The notes: generated by a model not told the origin, from the sequence alone. A stretch of 63,937 bases of DNA, filler included, from Octopus bimaculoides (GCF_001194135.2; 5 parts of 5 records of this genome joined end to end with filler, not necessarily neighbours in it); one strand, 5' to 3'. Shown: positions 41,072-53,559, numbered from the whole stretch's first letter. Made by a program: numbers and translations.

Positions 41072-42522
41072 TACACATTAGTTGGTGAATGATACAAGAG
41101 CAGGAATTACGTGGTCACCTCCATTAGCTTACAGCTGTTCTCGCTATACGAAAATAGGAAACAATGCACTCAGAGTTGTATGTTTGTGAAACATTCTGTA
41201 GCTTCCTCGGAGCCATTAAAATGAAAACATTTTAAGGTATAGAATGTTGTACAAGCACTCAGCTCTCAGTAAACTTTTTATAGGAGAAACAGTTATAAGC
41301 TAAGGAAAGTGATACGTAACTCTTAATTCTTTAGTCATACTCAGTACTCTCTTGACGCTTTACTCTAAAACTTAAGTATATTAGGTCATTATTGGTTATT
41401 GCTATCGCTATGCCTGGTAGCGGTGTGAATGTTCACTCAAGTCGATCTGTTCGACTAAACGCTTCAAGGCGGTGCTCCAGCGTGGCCGCAATGCAATGAC
41501 TGAAGCAAGTAAAAGATATATGTATATATTTACGGCGGGCTCAGTCACAGGTTTCCGTCTACCAATTTCTACTCAGAATGCATTGACCTATCGAACGCAA
41601 CTATAAAAGACACCTTGCCCGATGTGTGCACAGTGGAATCGAACCCAGAACTCTGCGTTTGTGAAGAAAAGAACATTTTAATCAGGTATTTATCTATGTC
41701 TGCATCTACATATATAATCTTTCTTTATCTAAGTAATCTTCATGAACGTTATATAATGTTATATCGTCACTCCCTATCGTGATTATCTCTTATATAACCG
41801 AAAATAAAAACAGGCGACCTTTTATATTCTCCAAACAAATTTCCTTCTTAGAACGCCATCATTGAAATGCTTTGCTTCGATTAATGCAGTTTAATTTCTT
41901 TTCTTCTTGTGGATTTTTTTCTCTTTATAACTTAAACTAACATTAATAGATTTGTCGTCAATTAAATGCCAGAAAGCAGACAATTTCATACAATTTATAA
42001 CATCGTTGAATGTTCTGCGTAGATAAAGTAAATCTGCGTATTTCTAATGACTATTTCTAATATATTTCAGTCTTCTGTTTATTGTACGATCTTCTTCATA
42101 TAACTTACAAGATTAAAAAGATGATTGAGGATAATAAAAACAAAATCCATAACAGCAAAGATAGAGCTGTTAGTAGATCATAAGATATACCGGGTATATA
42201 AGGTATTAGACGATTTCCAGACTTATTCGCTCTTCAGACTGACCGCGTTATTGATCGGATTGCATGAGTATTAATCGATATAAACTTGACTGAGTTTGTC
42301 TCCTGCTTCAATCGACAGTGTAAATTATGCAACCCTTCACCGCCTTCTTTGCAGTTGTCTTCCTCACTGCTTCTCTCCTACACCTCCCTCTTTTCACTCC
42401 TACACTTCTTTCATTTCTTCGTTCTCCTCTTTTTCATCATTATGATCACTTCCTCAAAAGTGTATGGCCTTTTGCCAATGATAGAAATCATTTCTATTCA
42501 TCACCTTTGTGGCAGCAAAAAA

Positions 42523-42524
<2 letters not shown>

Positions 42525-42595
<71 letters not shown>

Positions 42596-42646
42596 NNNNN
42601 NNNNNNNNNNNNNGTGGTGGTGGTGGTGGACGTAGTGGCGGCGGCG

Positions 42647-42735
<89 letters not shown>

Positions 42736-42785
42736 TGCAGCAGCAGCAGCAGTAGCAGCAGCGGTAGTAGTAGTAGTAGTAGTAG
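42525..42785 (+). repeat. Compound trinucleotide array (GTA/GTG/GCG/GCA)
   Basis: Seen directly; similar compound arrays at 10255-10425, 16370-16660, 31865-32170 and 63700-63937. Confidence 0.9.
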
Positions 42786-42891
42786 TTTTGGGATCGATAA
42801 AATAAGTATCAGTCATGTACTGAGGTCGATGTAATCTATTTCCATCTCAGAAATTGCTGATCGTATGCCTACATTTGAAACTATTATCGTG

Positions 42892-42941
<50 letters not shown>

Positions 42942-42959
42942 TATCATCATTAACATTAA

Positions 42960-43600
42960 CGTTTCTTAAGCCAGTTATTTATCAATCATAACCAATGACA
43001 AAGCAACCTTCGGATTTTTCTTTCTTTACGTTTCCAGAATCTTCCTCAGAATCTGACCAGTTCGCGATGTTACTGTCTTCTGAAGTAGTTATGTACGGAT
43101 CTCGATTCCAAATTTTGCCTTCCATGTTGCTGGGGTTTTATTTTAGTCATTTATACCCCCAAGGAATCCACTACAGTTAATACGACTGCAAACTTTTTCA
43201 TGACATTTTGTAAACTTCTTCCAATATTTTTCTTTTCCTTTTCACATATTCTGCTATCTCCTGACAACGGCTACACTTGATTTTGAAGTCTCAAAGTAGC
43301 TTCAATTTATCAAATTGGCACATGTACTACTCTTCTCTTTTTTTTTGGATTATTTCTTGTACAACTTTCAGTAATCCTATAAATGTTATCATACTCGCCT
43401 TTAGTATTCCTTTGGTGCTAATGCACTGCACTCACAACGTTGCACAATGTTTCTCTTTCCATTCAACAATATCAACATAATTATGAGTCTGCGGTTTTGT
43501 TGATGTTATATTTCGCATAATTAGTTCGCAGGATGTATTCCTACGCTGCGCGTGTTAGGGTTTCATTCCCAACCTCGAAGACTGATGTTTGCATTCGTTC
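42960..43600 (-). mobile_element. R4/Dong/NeSL-like (RLE) non-LTR retrotransposon 3' fragment with (ATG)n tail
   Basis: Minus-strand motifs LRTNYAKYNINKT, ECSALAPKEY*RREYDNI (CCHC knuckle region) and RTGQILRKILET*, followed by (CAT)n at 42890-42950 on the plus strand. Confidence 0.7.
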
Positions 43601-43879
43601 AAATGATGCCTGATGGCTTTTCTCTCTATCTGTTCTATGTATTTTTTTTTCTTATAATCATGCTTTGCAATGCAACTTTCAATCTGTAAAGTACCACATT
43701 GTTTTACCTCCATCAACCAAACTGTTCTTTATATACCAGCTAATATTATCTTCGTTTTTTACGTAGTTTTCGCAGCTTATCAAACCTCTGGAGAGATAAA
43801 TAGCATCGACACCACTTTACATAGCATTCATGGAAAGTATTTTTCTTATTTTATCATTTATTCTCCTAAACTCTCGTTT

Positions 43880-44300
43880 ACTTCGTTGATAGGATAGGAC
43901 ACATGTCCAATCGACTGGAAATGGATACCTGTTTTTAAGACCAAGACTGAAGCAATGAGAATAGTAAGAGTAGTGCGCTGTACTCCTACCAACAGGCTGG
44001 TTCTAAATATTCGAGATTCAGAAAAACTGGAGCCATTAACAGAGATGCTGGCACAAACATCGATCCATGACATGTCATCTTTTCTCAGTACTACATACAT
44101 ATGGTGAGTGCATGAGTGACTCACAACAGTATGGGGGCGGTCTGTATGCACATCCAAGATTTAATTACTCTCAATCATCACAAGACCATTCCGGAACCTT
44201 AACACATTCAAATGGCGGATAGAATATCGACCAGTCTACTGTCGCAAGGCAGATGGCCTAGATACTATGCATGTGGTGGTATAGGCCACTTAAGAGTCTT
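43880..44300 (+). pseudogene. Possible LINE ORF1/gag-like relic with a decayed CCHC zinc knuckle
   Basis: 44250-44305 reads GRWPRYYACGGIGHLRV, resembling (V)EGRxPxCxxCxxxGHxxxxC with the first C changed to Y and a frameshift. No other domain recognised. Confidence 0.3.
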
Positions 44301-45264
44301 GCAGTGAGAAAAAGAAGAAAAGCAGAAGCAGAACTAAATGAGCGATAATGACAACAAATTTTTAAGGTGCCTTGGCTACTGCTACCGCTGTTTCTAAAGT
44401 ACCATCGTTTGTAGTTTCTCTTCAGTTCCACAAGCACCAGAGCCAACGACAGTCGAAAAACCGAGGTATCTTCTCTTCTAGTACAGGACAAACCGAATAC
44501 TACGACTAGTAGCAGTACCATTCTGTCATCTGGTAGTGATGGGGATGAGACGCTGCCAGTAAACACTGCCAAATATGTCACTCTTTCGAATTGTCTTCAC
44601 CTCTGGAAGTTGCTATGAACTCTAGAGAAATCACTGTATAAAAAATAGTCTTGTCAAATTCTATAGTTTGACATAGTTGAGAAAATGCTATTAGGTTAGA
44701 CTTAGGTCTCCTTCTAAAATAACGTCTAAGTGGATCACTTATAGTATATGATAAAAGGATGGTAAGATGTTAAGCAAACCAAAATTTTCTAGATTATCAT
44801 CGTTGTTCAAGGCATCTCTTAGATCAATCTATTTTTGAACTCTCAACTTAGATTTTGTTTCATAAAGATACATTCTGATCTGATCTTTGCCTACATATCC
44901 ATCATGAACTAATCGGAGAGTTGGCGGAAGTGATGACGTAGACTTCCGTCCACTCTGACTAACAGTCACATAGAAATCATTTGTCGACGACATTTCCTTC
45001 ACACCAAATATTTGAACATCAAAGTTCTAACCTGTTTGTCCTTTCCAAAACATGAAAGGATATTGCAAAGAGTCTGAGATTGATGAGAGATTGATTACGT
45101 TACTTTACAAATACATCTCGTCTAATAATTAGAATGGTAAACTCATTGTAAATAGAAGCATTAAAATATCTATCCTCAAGAAAATGCTTTATTTGCAAGG
45201 AGGACAACTTTTATGTCAGTTTTATTCATATTTTCAAGAGAAATTTTAAAGCTTATTACACATT

Positions 45265-45500
45265 TATTGTGTTGATGTGACGTGACATTTCCAGGTTATC
45301 AAAGACAACCGCCTCTGAAACACTTGCATATTATTACAACTTTGTTTTTCTCTTCCCGTTCGTCATCAACGAAGTGTATCTGCCTGGTTTTATGGAATAA
45401 GTAACCTTGCGTGATAATAAATGTGCCCCTGTATTTTGAATTTGGGAGTCTATCCTCCTTTGTCATATTCAGTAGCTTCGAAAGAAAAGAAGCCACTTGG
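45265..45500 (-). pseudogene. Possible FLYWCH-like zinc-finger relic (MULE-type transposase N-terminus)
   Basis: KYRGTFIITQGYLFHK...VIICKCFRGGC**PGNVTSHQH has the RG..I..GY.F.K / C-x-C / HxH layout of FLYWCH domains. No MULE catalytic core is seen downstream. Confidence 0.3.
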
Positions 45501-46507
45501 AAGTAAAACTTGTATCTTCTTGCTTTAGAAAGGAAGTCATTTGATTCTGTTGTACTTCTTTTTCAACAGTTGTTTAAGTGGCTTTGGAGACATTGAAATG
45601 GATTGTAATTTTACTATTTCATTTAAACAACACAAGTGAATGTATGTATGTCTGTGTGTAACAAAAGAAAATAAAGATTACCATTTTACAGACATGTACG
45701 AAATTTCGCTGACTGCTGCGGGGTTACCAGATCGATTTCATAAAAAGTGGCACAACTTTCTTTTAAACGTTGCAGATTGTGTTAGAAAGTATCACTAAAT
45801 GAGAATATATTTTTGAAGATTGCCTGCAGGCCGGTTTTAACTTACTCACTTGAAAATTTAATATTATGAACTGATATTCAATAAATTTCTTACCCTTAAA
45901 ATTTAATATTTATAGTTGCGAGTTAAAAAAGTTAGTTGCGTGCAAACCTGAAAAGTAGAGTGCTGTAGTCAAGTCTAGTGTGTTTGGTGTGTCTGGTGTA
46001 TCAAACATATGCAGACGACACATTCTGAATGTTGTTAATACCAATACAGGATATGATTGGTCGTATTCTTTTGTCAACAAACTAATCAGACATATATTTA
46101 GAAAATAACAAACAAATTTGTTTTAAATGAATAAGACAAACTTTTTTTAAGCACTTGAGTGATGTACAGATAGAGGGGGAATAAAACGGATTCAACATTT
46201 ATTCGTAAAAACGACGACTTTATTGTTTGTTGGTTTATCTATTGCGTTTAAATAAAGGCCATTGAGAATTCTAACATAGAATTGCCTATTTCACATTTAA
46301 GATTTTTAAGCTACAAAATCAATTTCTGTTCATAGAAAAATACACGTTTCTCATTACAAAAACATTTCTTTTTTGTTTATATATTTCTATATACATTCAC
46401 ACATAAATAGACAGTGAATACAAATATCGAATACAATTGGTCACATATGTTTTCCTCACAGCCATTTAAATATATATGCACACGTACATACACTCTCGTT
46501 CTCTCTT

Positions 46508-46546
<39 letters not shown>

Positions 46547-46589
46547 NNNNNNNNNNNNNNNNNNNNNNNNNNNNNNNNNNNNNNNNNNN

Positions 46590-46629
46590 TTAAAACGCCG
46601 TCTATATTACGCAGGTCTCAACTGCTAGT
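46590..46629 (+). mobile_element. Possible Helitron 3' terminus (imperfect hairpin followed by CTAG|T)
   Basis: CCGTCTATATTACGCAGG lies about 9 nt upstream of CTAG (46625-46628), which is followed by T. The hairpin is imperfect and the 5' end was not identified. Confidence 0.3.
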
Positions 46630-46811
46630 TGCTGAGATACCAACTTTCTACATTAATTACTCTCCAGCCCATGCCAGCATAGAACATAGACGTTAAGTGA
46701 AATGTTAAAAGAAAGTTTTCAATTCATATATTTATATAAAGTAAATACATGTTATACAAAAACACGTTTTGTGCAGCTTATTTCGTAACCAAAAACCAGG
46801 TACAGATTATA

Positions 46812-47438
46812 AGCAATGAAAGGCCGATTTTGGTGATCCATTTGACAGAAGTAGTAGAGAGCCAATCCGATGATAAATCTGACCTTGGATCTTGAAAGTT
46901 TGCATGAATCCTGGCTCTGTTATATCTTTTGTGGCTCCAAATGATGTAATCTGTAGTGCAGCATTGTACTGTCTAATTTTGTTTTGGAAGTGCTTACAAT
47001 TTTGGTTAGTTAATGACAACAGTTTCTTCAGTGGCTCTGGAGATTGGGTCTAAGCTTTCCACCACAGAAGCACAGTGCAGGTGTCTCTCCAGGCCACTTC
47101 CTTGCTTTACAATCTATGCACTCAGTTGTCATTGCACCAATGGAAACTCTAGTGTTATCTGCATAATGAACTGCTGGATCATAATTGAAAGCTGCTTCAT
47201 AGAAGTTGCTTCTCTGAGCTGTTGCAACTGCTCTTCGCTCTGCAGTGGAGATCCTATTCCTTGTCAGCCGTGCATACCTCTGTTCATTACTTTGAGATGC
47301 TCAGGCTTTTGTAGTGCAGAATCTGTTCGTTTCTTGGTATGCTTCCCTTTCTGCAGCTGTCTCTCTTTCCCTGAACAGAGACATTCTTTTGGCTGACCTT
47401 GACATTGTATACAAATTTGACAATTTCCTTTTGGGCAT
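46812..47438 (-). pseudogene. Helitron Rep/helicase N-terminal fragment (non-autonomous or truncated Helitron)
   Basis: MPKRKLSNL start. AAFNYDPAVHY...IGAMTTECIDCKARKWPGETPALCFCGGKL is the Helitron Zn-finger-like motif, and FQNKIRQYNAALQITSFGA...GFMQTFKIQGQIYHRIGSLL precedes the Helitron_like_N domain. One stop, frameshifts, and truncation after GSPK. Confidence 0.85.
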
Positions 47439-48102
47439 GATTATATACGTATATAGAAATACACGAGTGCAGAAAATAGTAAGCAATAAAAATAACTGGG
47501 TAACGGAAATTATATTACTTAACACAATGGGCAAAAAGCAAATAAGAAATTTTTACGGAAAATAAAGAATTGTACAGGTTGGGGCGAAATTTGTCACTTA
47601 ATGAACTAAAGAGCCAGTATCGAAGGAACCATAAAAATGACGCTAACAACAGAACACAAAATTGTTGCAAGAGTAAATAAGAAATTTTTAGGGAAATTAA
47701 CTAAGTGTACGGATTTAAGTGAATTTTTTAAGTTCCTTCTGTCAGTAAATTATGAACTTAGTTTTATCAGTAATTCCGTCGACAACAAAAACAACACAAA
47801 GGTTACAAAAATAAATAAGAAATTTGTAGACAAATTTAACGAAATGTACGGATTGAAGTGAAATTTAAGAATTACTTTTGTCAGTAAATTATGTATGAAA
47901 TTACTTTCATCAGTAATTGTGAACATCTTTCTGTCAGCAATTTGGCGTTGTTGTTTGTAAACAGTGATTGAAAACTTACAGTAAAAACAATAGCGATTGA
48001 GCTTAAAGTGAAAACAATAGCGTCTGAAAAATGAAAGTGAAAACAATAGAGAGTGAGATATAGAGAGAGGGGAGACAGAGATAGCTAGCTATTTAGACAA
48101 AT

Positions 48103-48172
<70 letters not shown>

Positions 48173-48642
48173 CAGAGAGAAGATATAGAGATAGAGATGG
48201 ATAGAGAAATATAGATAGAGAGATCCAGAGAGATGGAGATAGAGAGAGATATAGAGAGATATAGACGTCACTGATGCTAGAAAACCGGAAGTAGATTTTT
48301 TTAAAGCTTTCAAAGACATGAATCTAATATAACAAGCAATATCTTTTATTTTTTAATAAAAAAAATCAAAGGGAGTTCCTAACATGTGCCTGAACTCAAA
48401 TTATTCACAAGTATGGAAACAATCAATTTCTGAAAGTTACTTCGCAAAGAGTTACCGCCCTTCTCTACGTAACCCAGGAATGGGTGTTTTCTGCCCCCAG
48501 GAGTCCTGTTACTCATTATGTGAAACATTTTAAGAGTTTAAAATCATCTCTGGAACATAGGTATTGTATGTTCCCTGTTTGTAGGAAATCAGTTGAAAAA
48601 TACGACCTTCACAATCTTTTACACACATATGCACAAACACAC

Positions 48643-48682
<40 letters not shown>

Positions 48683-49976
48683 AAAACGGGATTTATATAT
48701 TTTAGATATATACATATGTATATATGTATGTATGTATGTATGTATGTACGCACGTACGTACATACATACATACATACATACGTACATACATACATACATA
48801 TATTTCATAGAAGATATACAGAGCTGATGTACCATACATCTAAGTATAATTCTGTTTCACTTTACATAGAGCACAGAAACTACGGACGTTTGGTGAGTTC
48901 TGAATGATCCACATCAACTAACAGTGGGGTGGAGCTTGATCGAATATCCACGTTGTAATGACTCTCGAAGATCACATGACCACACTGGAGTTATACGCTA
49001 CGGAGAGAGCGGAGAAAAGTCACGAAGACTGGGGGTACATGAAACTTGGTGGCTCTCTGAATAGAAGGAGAGGAAAAGCAGAAGAAAAATATATAGTAGT
49101 TCATCGAAAACTAGACAGCCATAACAACACCAGGCCTTAAAATCGAAGGCTACAGCTACAACCGTTGTTGCCAGAACACTACGGAAAGCAGGAGAAATCT
49201 CCTTACGTAAAGCTAGGGAAATCGCCTTATTCTCAATGCCTTATTCTCAATGCTCACAAATACAAGCTGCTAACGATGATTGAGAAACCTCAAGTATAGA
49301 ACTAGCCAAAGTCTGCAACTGTCAGTACCGCCCCGATTTCATGTGGCGATGGAAAGGAGATCCTGACTGAAGTGAGGTGGGAAAACACTAGGAAAAGAAA
49401 AACGGTGCAAAACAAGAAAATTAATGAGCACGGACAGAAGGTTGGTAAGACACTGGAGGTCTCAACCGATTAAGCGCCCATCCTAAGGAGTTCCTGAACT
49501 TTACAATACGCCATCAAACGTTCAACAGAGGACACGAAAGCCAAAAGTTACAGTTAGAACGTATATTTTTATTAAATGGATATATTCGAGGGTCATATCT
49601 TTTCCTTCATATACTTCTTGCAGAAAATGGTCGTAGCCCCAACCGATTTGTTGTAGAGTAACCCTGATTGAATAGACAAGCTGTAATGTACTTTATGGTG
49701 TCCACACATGCCAAGTTACAAAATTGTTCCCAGATATTTTAACTTTCTTCATTTAATATTTTCCTTATTATACCACTCTGGTGGTATTATCTCTACTTCG
49801 GCAACACAGGATCTTTTGCTGCTCGATTTAAACCGATACAGATTTTTTTTTCTTTTTATCCTTCTGCTCCTTAATCGCTTTACATTCAACCCCACAAAGT
49901 AAAACCTCACAACGGACTCTGTCTTTCTAGACTGGTTGAAGAAACGATTAATTACTGTAATATTTAGATGTCCTAA

Positions 49977-50144
49977 GGTAGTGAGCTAGTACAGTCGTTA
50001 GCGCGCCGGGCAAAATGCTTAGCGGCATTTCGTCAGTCTTTACGTTCTGAGTTCATATTCCGCTGGAATCGACCTTGCCCTTCGTTCTTTCGAGGTCGAT
50101 AAAAGAATTACTAGTTGAGCACTGGGATCCATTTAATCGACTCA
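49977..50144 (+). mobile_element. SINE family A copy, truncated by a gap
   Basis: GTCGTTAGCGCGCCGGGCAAAATGCTTAGCGGCATTTCG..GAGTTCATATTCC..GAGGTCGATAAAA. Confidence 0.8.
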
Positions 50145-50295
50145 NNNNNNNNNNNNNNNNNNNNNNNNNNNNNNNNNNNNNNNNNNNNTTAATTAATTAA
50201 NNNNNNNNNNNNNNNNNNNNNNNNNNNNNNNNNNNNNNNNNNNNTATAAATGACAGGCTTCTTTCAGTTTCTGTCCACCAAATCCACTCACAGGC

Positions 50296-50560
50296 CCACC
50301 GGAGCTGGACCTTCATGATGAGGGCTTCGATCCCGGGCATTTCAGCTCTGCGAGGCACCTCAGTGTTGGAGACTCTGTCCTCCCAGGAAATTCCCATGAT
50401 TCGTCGCAAGCAGTGGAAGTGGAACTGGTCAAGTACTCGCATTTGCCTCCTATACAGCGTCCACGTCCCACAGCCGTACAGCAGAGAGGTGCTGACGACT
50501 GTCCTAGAGCCTGCCATCTTGGTGGAAAGTCTGATGCCTCGTTCGGCTCACACACGTGGA
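50296..50560 (-). mobile_element. RTE-BovB-like LINE fragment (post-RT region)
   Basis: VVSTSLLYGCGTWTLYRRQMRVLDQFHFHCLRRIMGISWEDRVSNTEV..RAEMPGIEALIMKVQLRWA is the characteristic RTE C-terminal region. Confidence 0.85.
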
Positions 50561-50705
50561 TATACATACATACATACATACATACATACATACCCTGTTG
50601 TTGATGTTGAAATTCCAATGAAGGAGCCTTGTATTTAGGTTAGACACCAGTTCTTTCTCTGTTGGCAAGAAATCTTGAAATAAACTGAATAATGACATAC
50701 ATATA

Positions 50706-51070
50706 GGCGTGAGAGTGGCTGTGTGGTAAGAAGTTTGCATCCCAACCGCATAGTACCGGGTTCCGTCCCAGTGCGTGGCACCTTGGACAAGTGTCTTTTG
50801 TTGTAGCCTCGGGCTAACCAAAGATTTGTGAGTGGGTTAGGTAAACAGAAACTGAAAGAAGCCCGCAGCGCGCGCGCATGTGTGTGTGTGTGTGCGCCTG
50901 TGTGTATGTGCGCGCGTGCGTGTGTTTGCATGTGTGTGTGTGAGTTTGTACCTGTGTTTGTCCCGCATCACAGCTTGACAACCAGTGCTAGTGTGGCTAC
51001 GCCTTCGTAACTTAGTAATTCGGCAAAAGAGACTGATAGAATAAGTACCAGCATGACCACAGTTTAATGA
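50706..51070 (+). mobile_element. tRNA-derived SINE family B (CORE-like centre, internal (GT)n)
   Basis: GTGGCTGTGTGGTAAG..GGGTTCCGTCCC..GGCACCTTGGACAAGTGTCTT..AAACTGAAAGAAGCCC-(GT)n-..CTTGACAACC..CGTAACTTAG..GATAGAATAAGTACCAG. Partial copies at ~5475-5660(-), 41420-41520(+), 41530-41660(-), 51240-51350(-), 55590-55910(+) and 60650-60840(+). Confidence 0.8.
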
Positions 51071-51847
51071 TTGACATAAGTAAAAGTTTAAAGATAAAAG
51101 ATAAAAGATAAAAAGATTTAGTTGGGCGAATATCAAGGACATTTGATAGAAGTGAATGCTATCATAGATAAAAAAGATAAGGTGATTTGAAAATATTATG
51201 AAAGGCCATTTGTTACCAAAACAATATGACGGGCCCTTAGTTTCTGCTCACCAAATCCACTCACAAAGCTTTGGCCGGTCAGATGCTATAGTAGAAGACA
51301 TCAATCCCAGGTGCCATGCAATGGGGCTGACCCGAAACCATGTGACTAGGAAGAACCAATGCAGTGAACCTTAGTGCTTTGCTTTGTTCTTAACGTTTCT
51401 TTCTTCGCTTTGATTTTGTTTTTTATTTGATTTGTTCTGATTTTATTTAGTTCACGTTGCTCCAGTCATCTCAGCTGGCAAATATAAGAAGCACTTGTAT
51501 TTCAAAAGGCCCAACCTTGTTACATTCTGTTTCACGCTAAATCTCCCTAAGAACTACGTTAAGGGTATACGTATTTGTGGAGTGCTCAGCAACTTGCACG
51601 TTAATTTCACCAGCAGGCTGTTCCGTTAATCGGATCAACTAGAACCCTAGTCGTCGTAATCGACGGAGTGCCAGTTCTGCCAGGTTTTACGTTTAAATCG
51701 TAGTATCATTTTTGGTGACATATAGCCTTTCATAATGTTTGGAAATTACCTTTTTTTAATGTTTATCTATATCATTCACTTGTATCACATGCCATTGATA
51801 TACGCACTACTATGTATATTATTTATCTTACCTTTCTTACAACTAGC

Positions 51848-51881
<34 letters not shown>

Positions 51882-52191
51882 TGTGTGTGTGTGCATTTCC
51901 CCACCATCTTTTAAGGGTAAACACCCAATCTTATCTGCTGTTTTCACAGCGAAACTGCGTTCGAAATTTATTTTCTTGTCTGTAAAACGTCAACACATTC
52001 AACGCTTCCAAAGTTTCCTTATGATATATATATATATATAAACAATATATGAGTATATGCATATATATGTACATATATGTATATACGTTCATCCACATGT
52101 ACATATAGATACATAACTGGGTACATGACGTGGCAAAAGAACAAGGACAAAAATGGTAAACAAGGTGCAACAAACAAGCAGGCCACATAGA

Positions 52192-52270
52192 AACATCCCC
52201 TTCATCAGCTGCCACCATTAAAACTCCGGCGTTTCGAAGAATTAAGGCAGTACGCATCGTTAAAATGGTT
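52192..52270 (-). ncRNA. Hammerhead-like motif in permuted order within a Penelope-like repeat
   Basis: The minus strand contains GCGUA-CUGCC, UUCUUC-GAAACGC and GGCAG-CUGAUGA-AGGGGA with mutually complementary stems; see findings. Confidence 0.45.
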
Positions 52271-52632
52271 CTTCCCACGAACACAAATTNNNNNNNNNNN
52301 NNNNNNNNNNNNNNNNNNNNNNNNNNNNNNNNNNNNNNNNNNNNNNNNNNNNNNNNNNNNNNNNNNNNNNNNNNNNNNNNNNNNNNNNNNNNNNNNNNNN
52401 NNNNNNNNNNNNNNNNNNNNNNNNNNNNNNNNNNNNNNNNNNNNNNNNNNNNNNNNNNNNNNNNNNNNNNNNNNNNNNNNNNNNNNNNNNNNNNNNNNNN
52501 NNNNNNNNNNNNNNNNNNNNNNNNNNNNNNNNNNNNNNNNNNNNNNNNNNNNNNNNNNNNNNNNNNNNNNNNNNNNNNNNNNNNNNNNNNNNNNNNNNNN
52601 NNNNAACCGATGTTGGTGTGTTTACGTCCCTG

Positions 52633-52656
52633 CGGAATTTTTGAACACCCTGCATA
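52633..52656 (-). mobile_element. Possible isolated Tc1/mariner TIR end
   Basis: The minus strand reads TATGCAGGGTGTTCAAAAATTCCG, a CAGGGTGT-type TIR start. The partner TIR is not visible and the site is next to a gap. Confidence 0.3.
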
Positions 52657-52935
52657 AATCAGGTTATACCTTTGTTACCAGGAAGACGTGGTCTTTTTAG
52701 ATTCAACTCGACACCTGAATTACACACGGACGCTTTCGAGACTTGAACATTCTTAAGTAGGTCACTGCGAAGTACATGGAGGCGAAAGTTGGTCATGTTT
52801 GTGGTAGTGTTGGTAGTGGGAGATCAAATCCAAGTGGCTGCTTCTTCCTAGTTTGCGGGGTGGGTTATTCTTTTTTTTTTTTTTCTGTGTGTTTTATTCA
52901 TATATGTCATTTAATTTATAACTACGTATCTGTGT

Positions 52936-53095
52936 AAGACGGCGAGCTGGCAAAATCGGTAAGCGGCATTTTTTCTGATTCTTCACGATCTGAGTTCAAA
53001 TACACCGGTGTTGATAAAATAGGTACTAGTTGAGCACTGGGATCGAATTACCCCTTCCCCTAATATAGCTGGCCTTAAGTCAAAATTTGAAACCA
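52936..53095 (+). mobile_element. SINE family A copy with internal deletions
   Basis: GACGGCGAGCTGGCAAAATCG..GAGTTCAAAT..GATAAAATAGGTACTAGTTGAGCACTGG. Confidence 0.7.
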
Positions 53096-53559
53096 TTAAT
53101 ATCTGTATATGAATATATTCATTTGGTTACCCGTGTAAATTTTGAATAAAATTGTGTCCTAATATATTACTGTAACGTCCTTGTTGCACTCATGGTATTT
53201 TATATAACTACAATTACACATTCCTGCATGTCTTTATAACACGTTGTTGTGTTGTTATAAATACGAACGGGAGCTGGTAACGAGGCAAAACAGAAGAAAG
53301 GATTAAGAAATTATTATTATTATTTAGCAGCCTTGCTTTTTTATTACGTTTTCATTGCAATGTCAAGCACTGCTTTGAGCGTCTTTGGAATGTACAGCGT
53401 TTTGTTTTTAGTTTTACATTTTCTGTTTTATTGACAACCCACTCCGTAAATATGTGTTAAATGCCTACTAGCGCAATTTTTTAATGTGCTTATTTGTATA
53501 TTTTAAAACATATATTTCCTAAGGCACTTCCTGTTTTGGGGATTGTTTCTGTTTACAGT

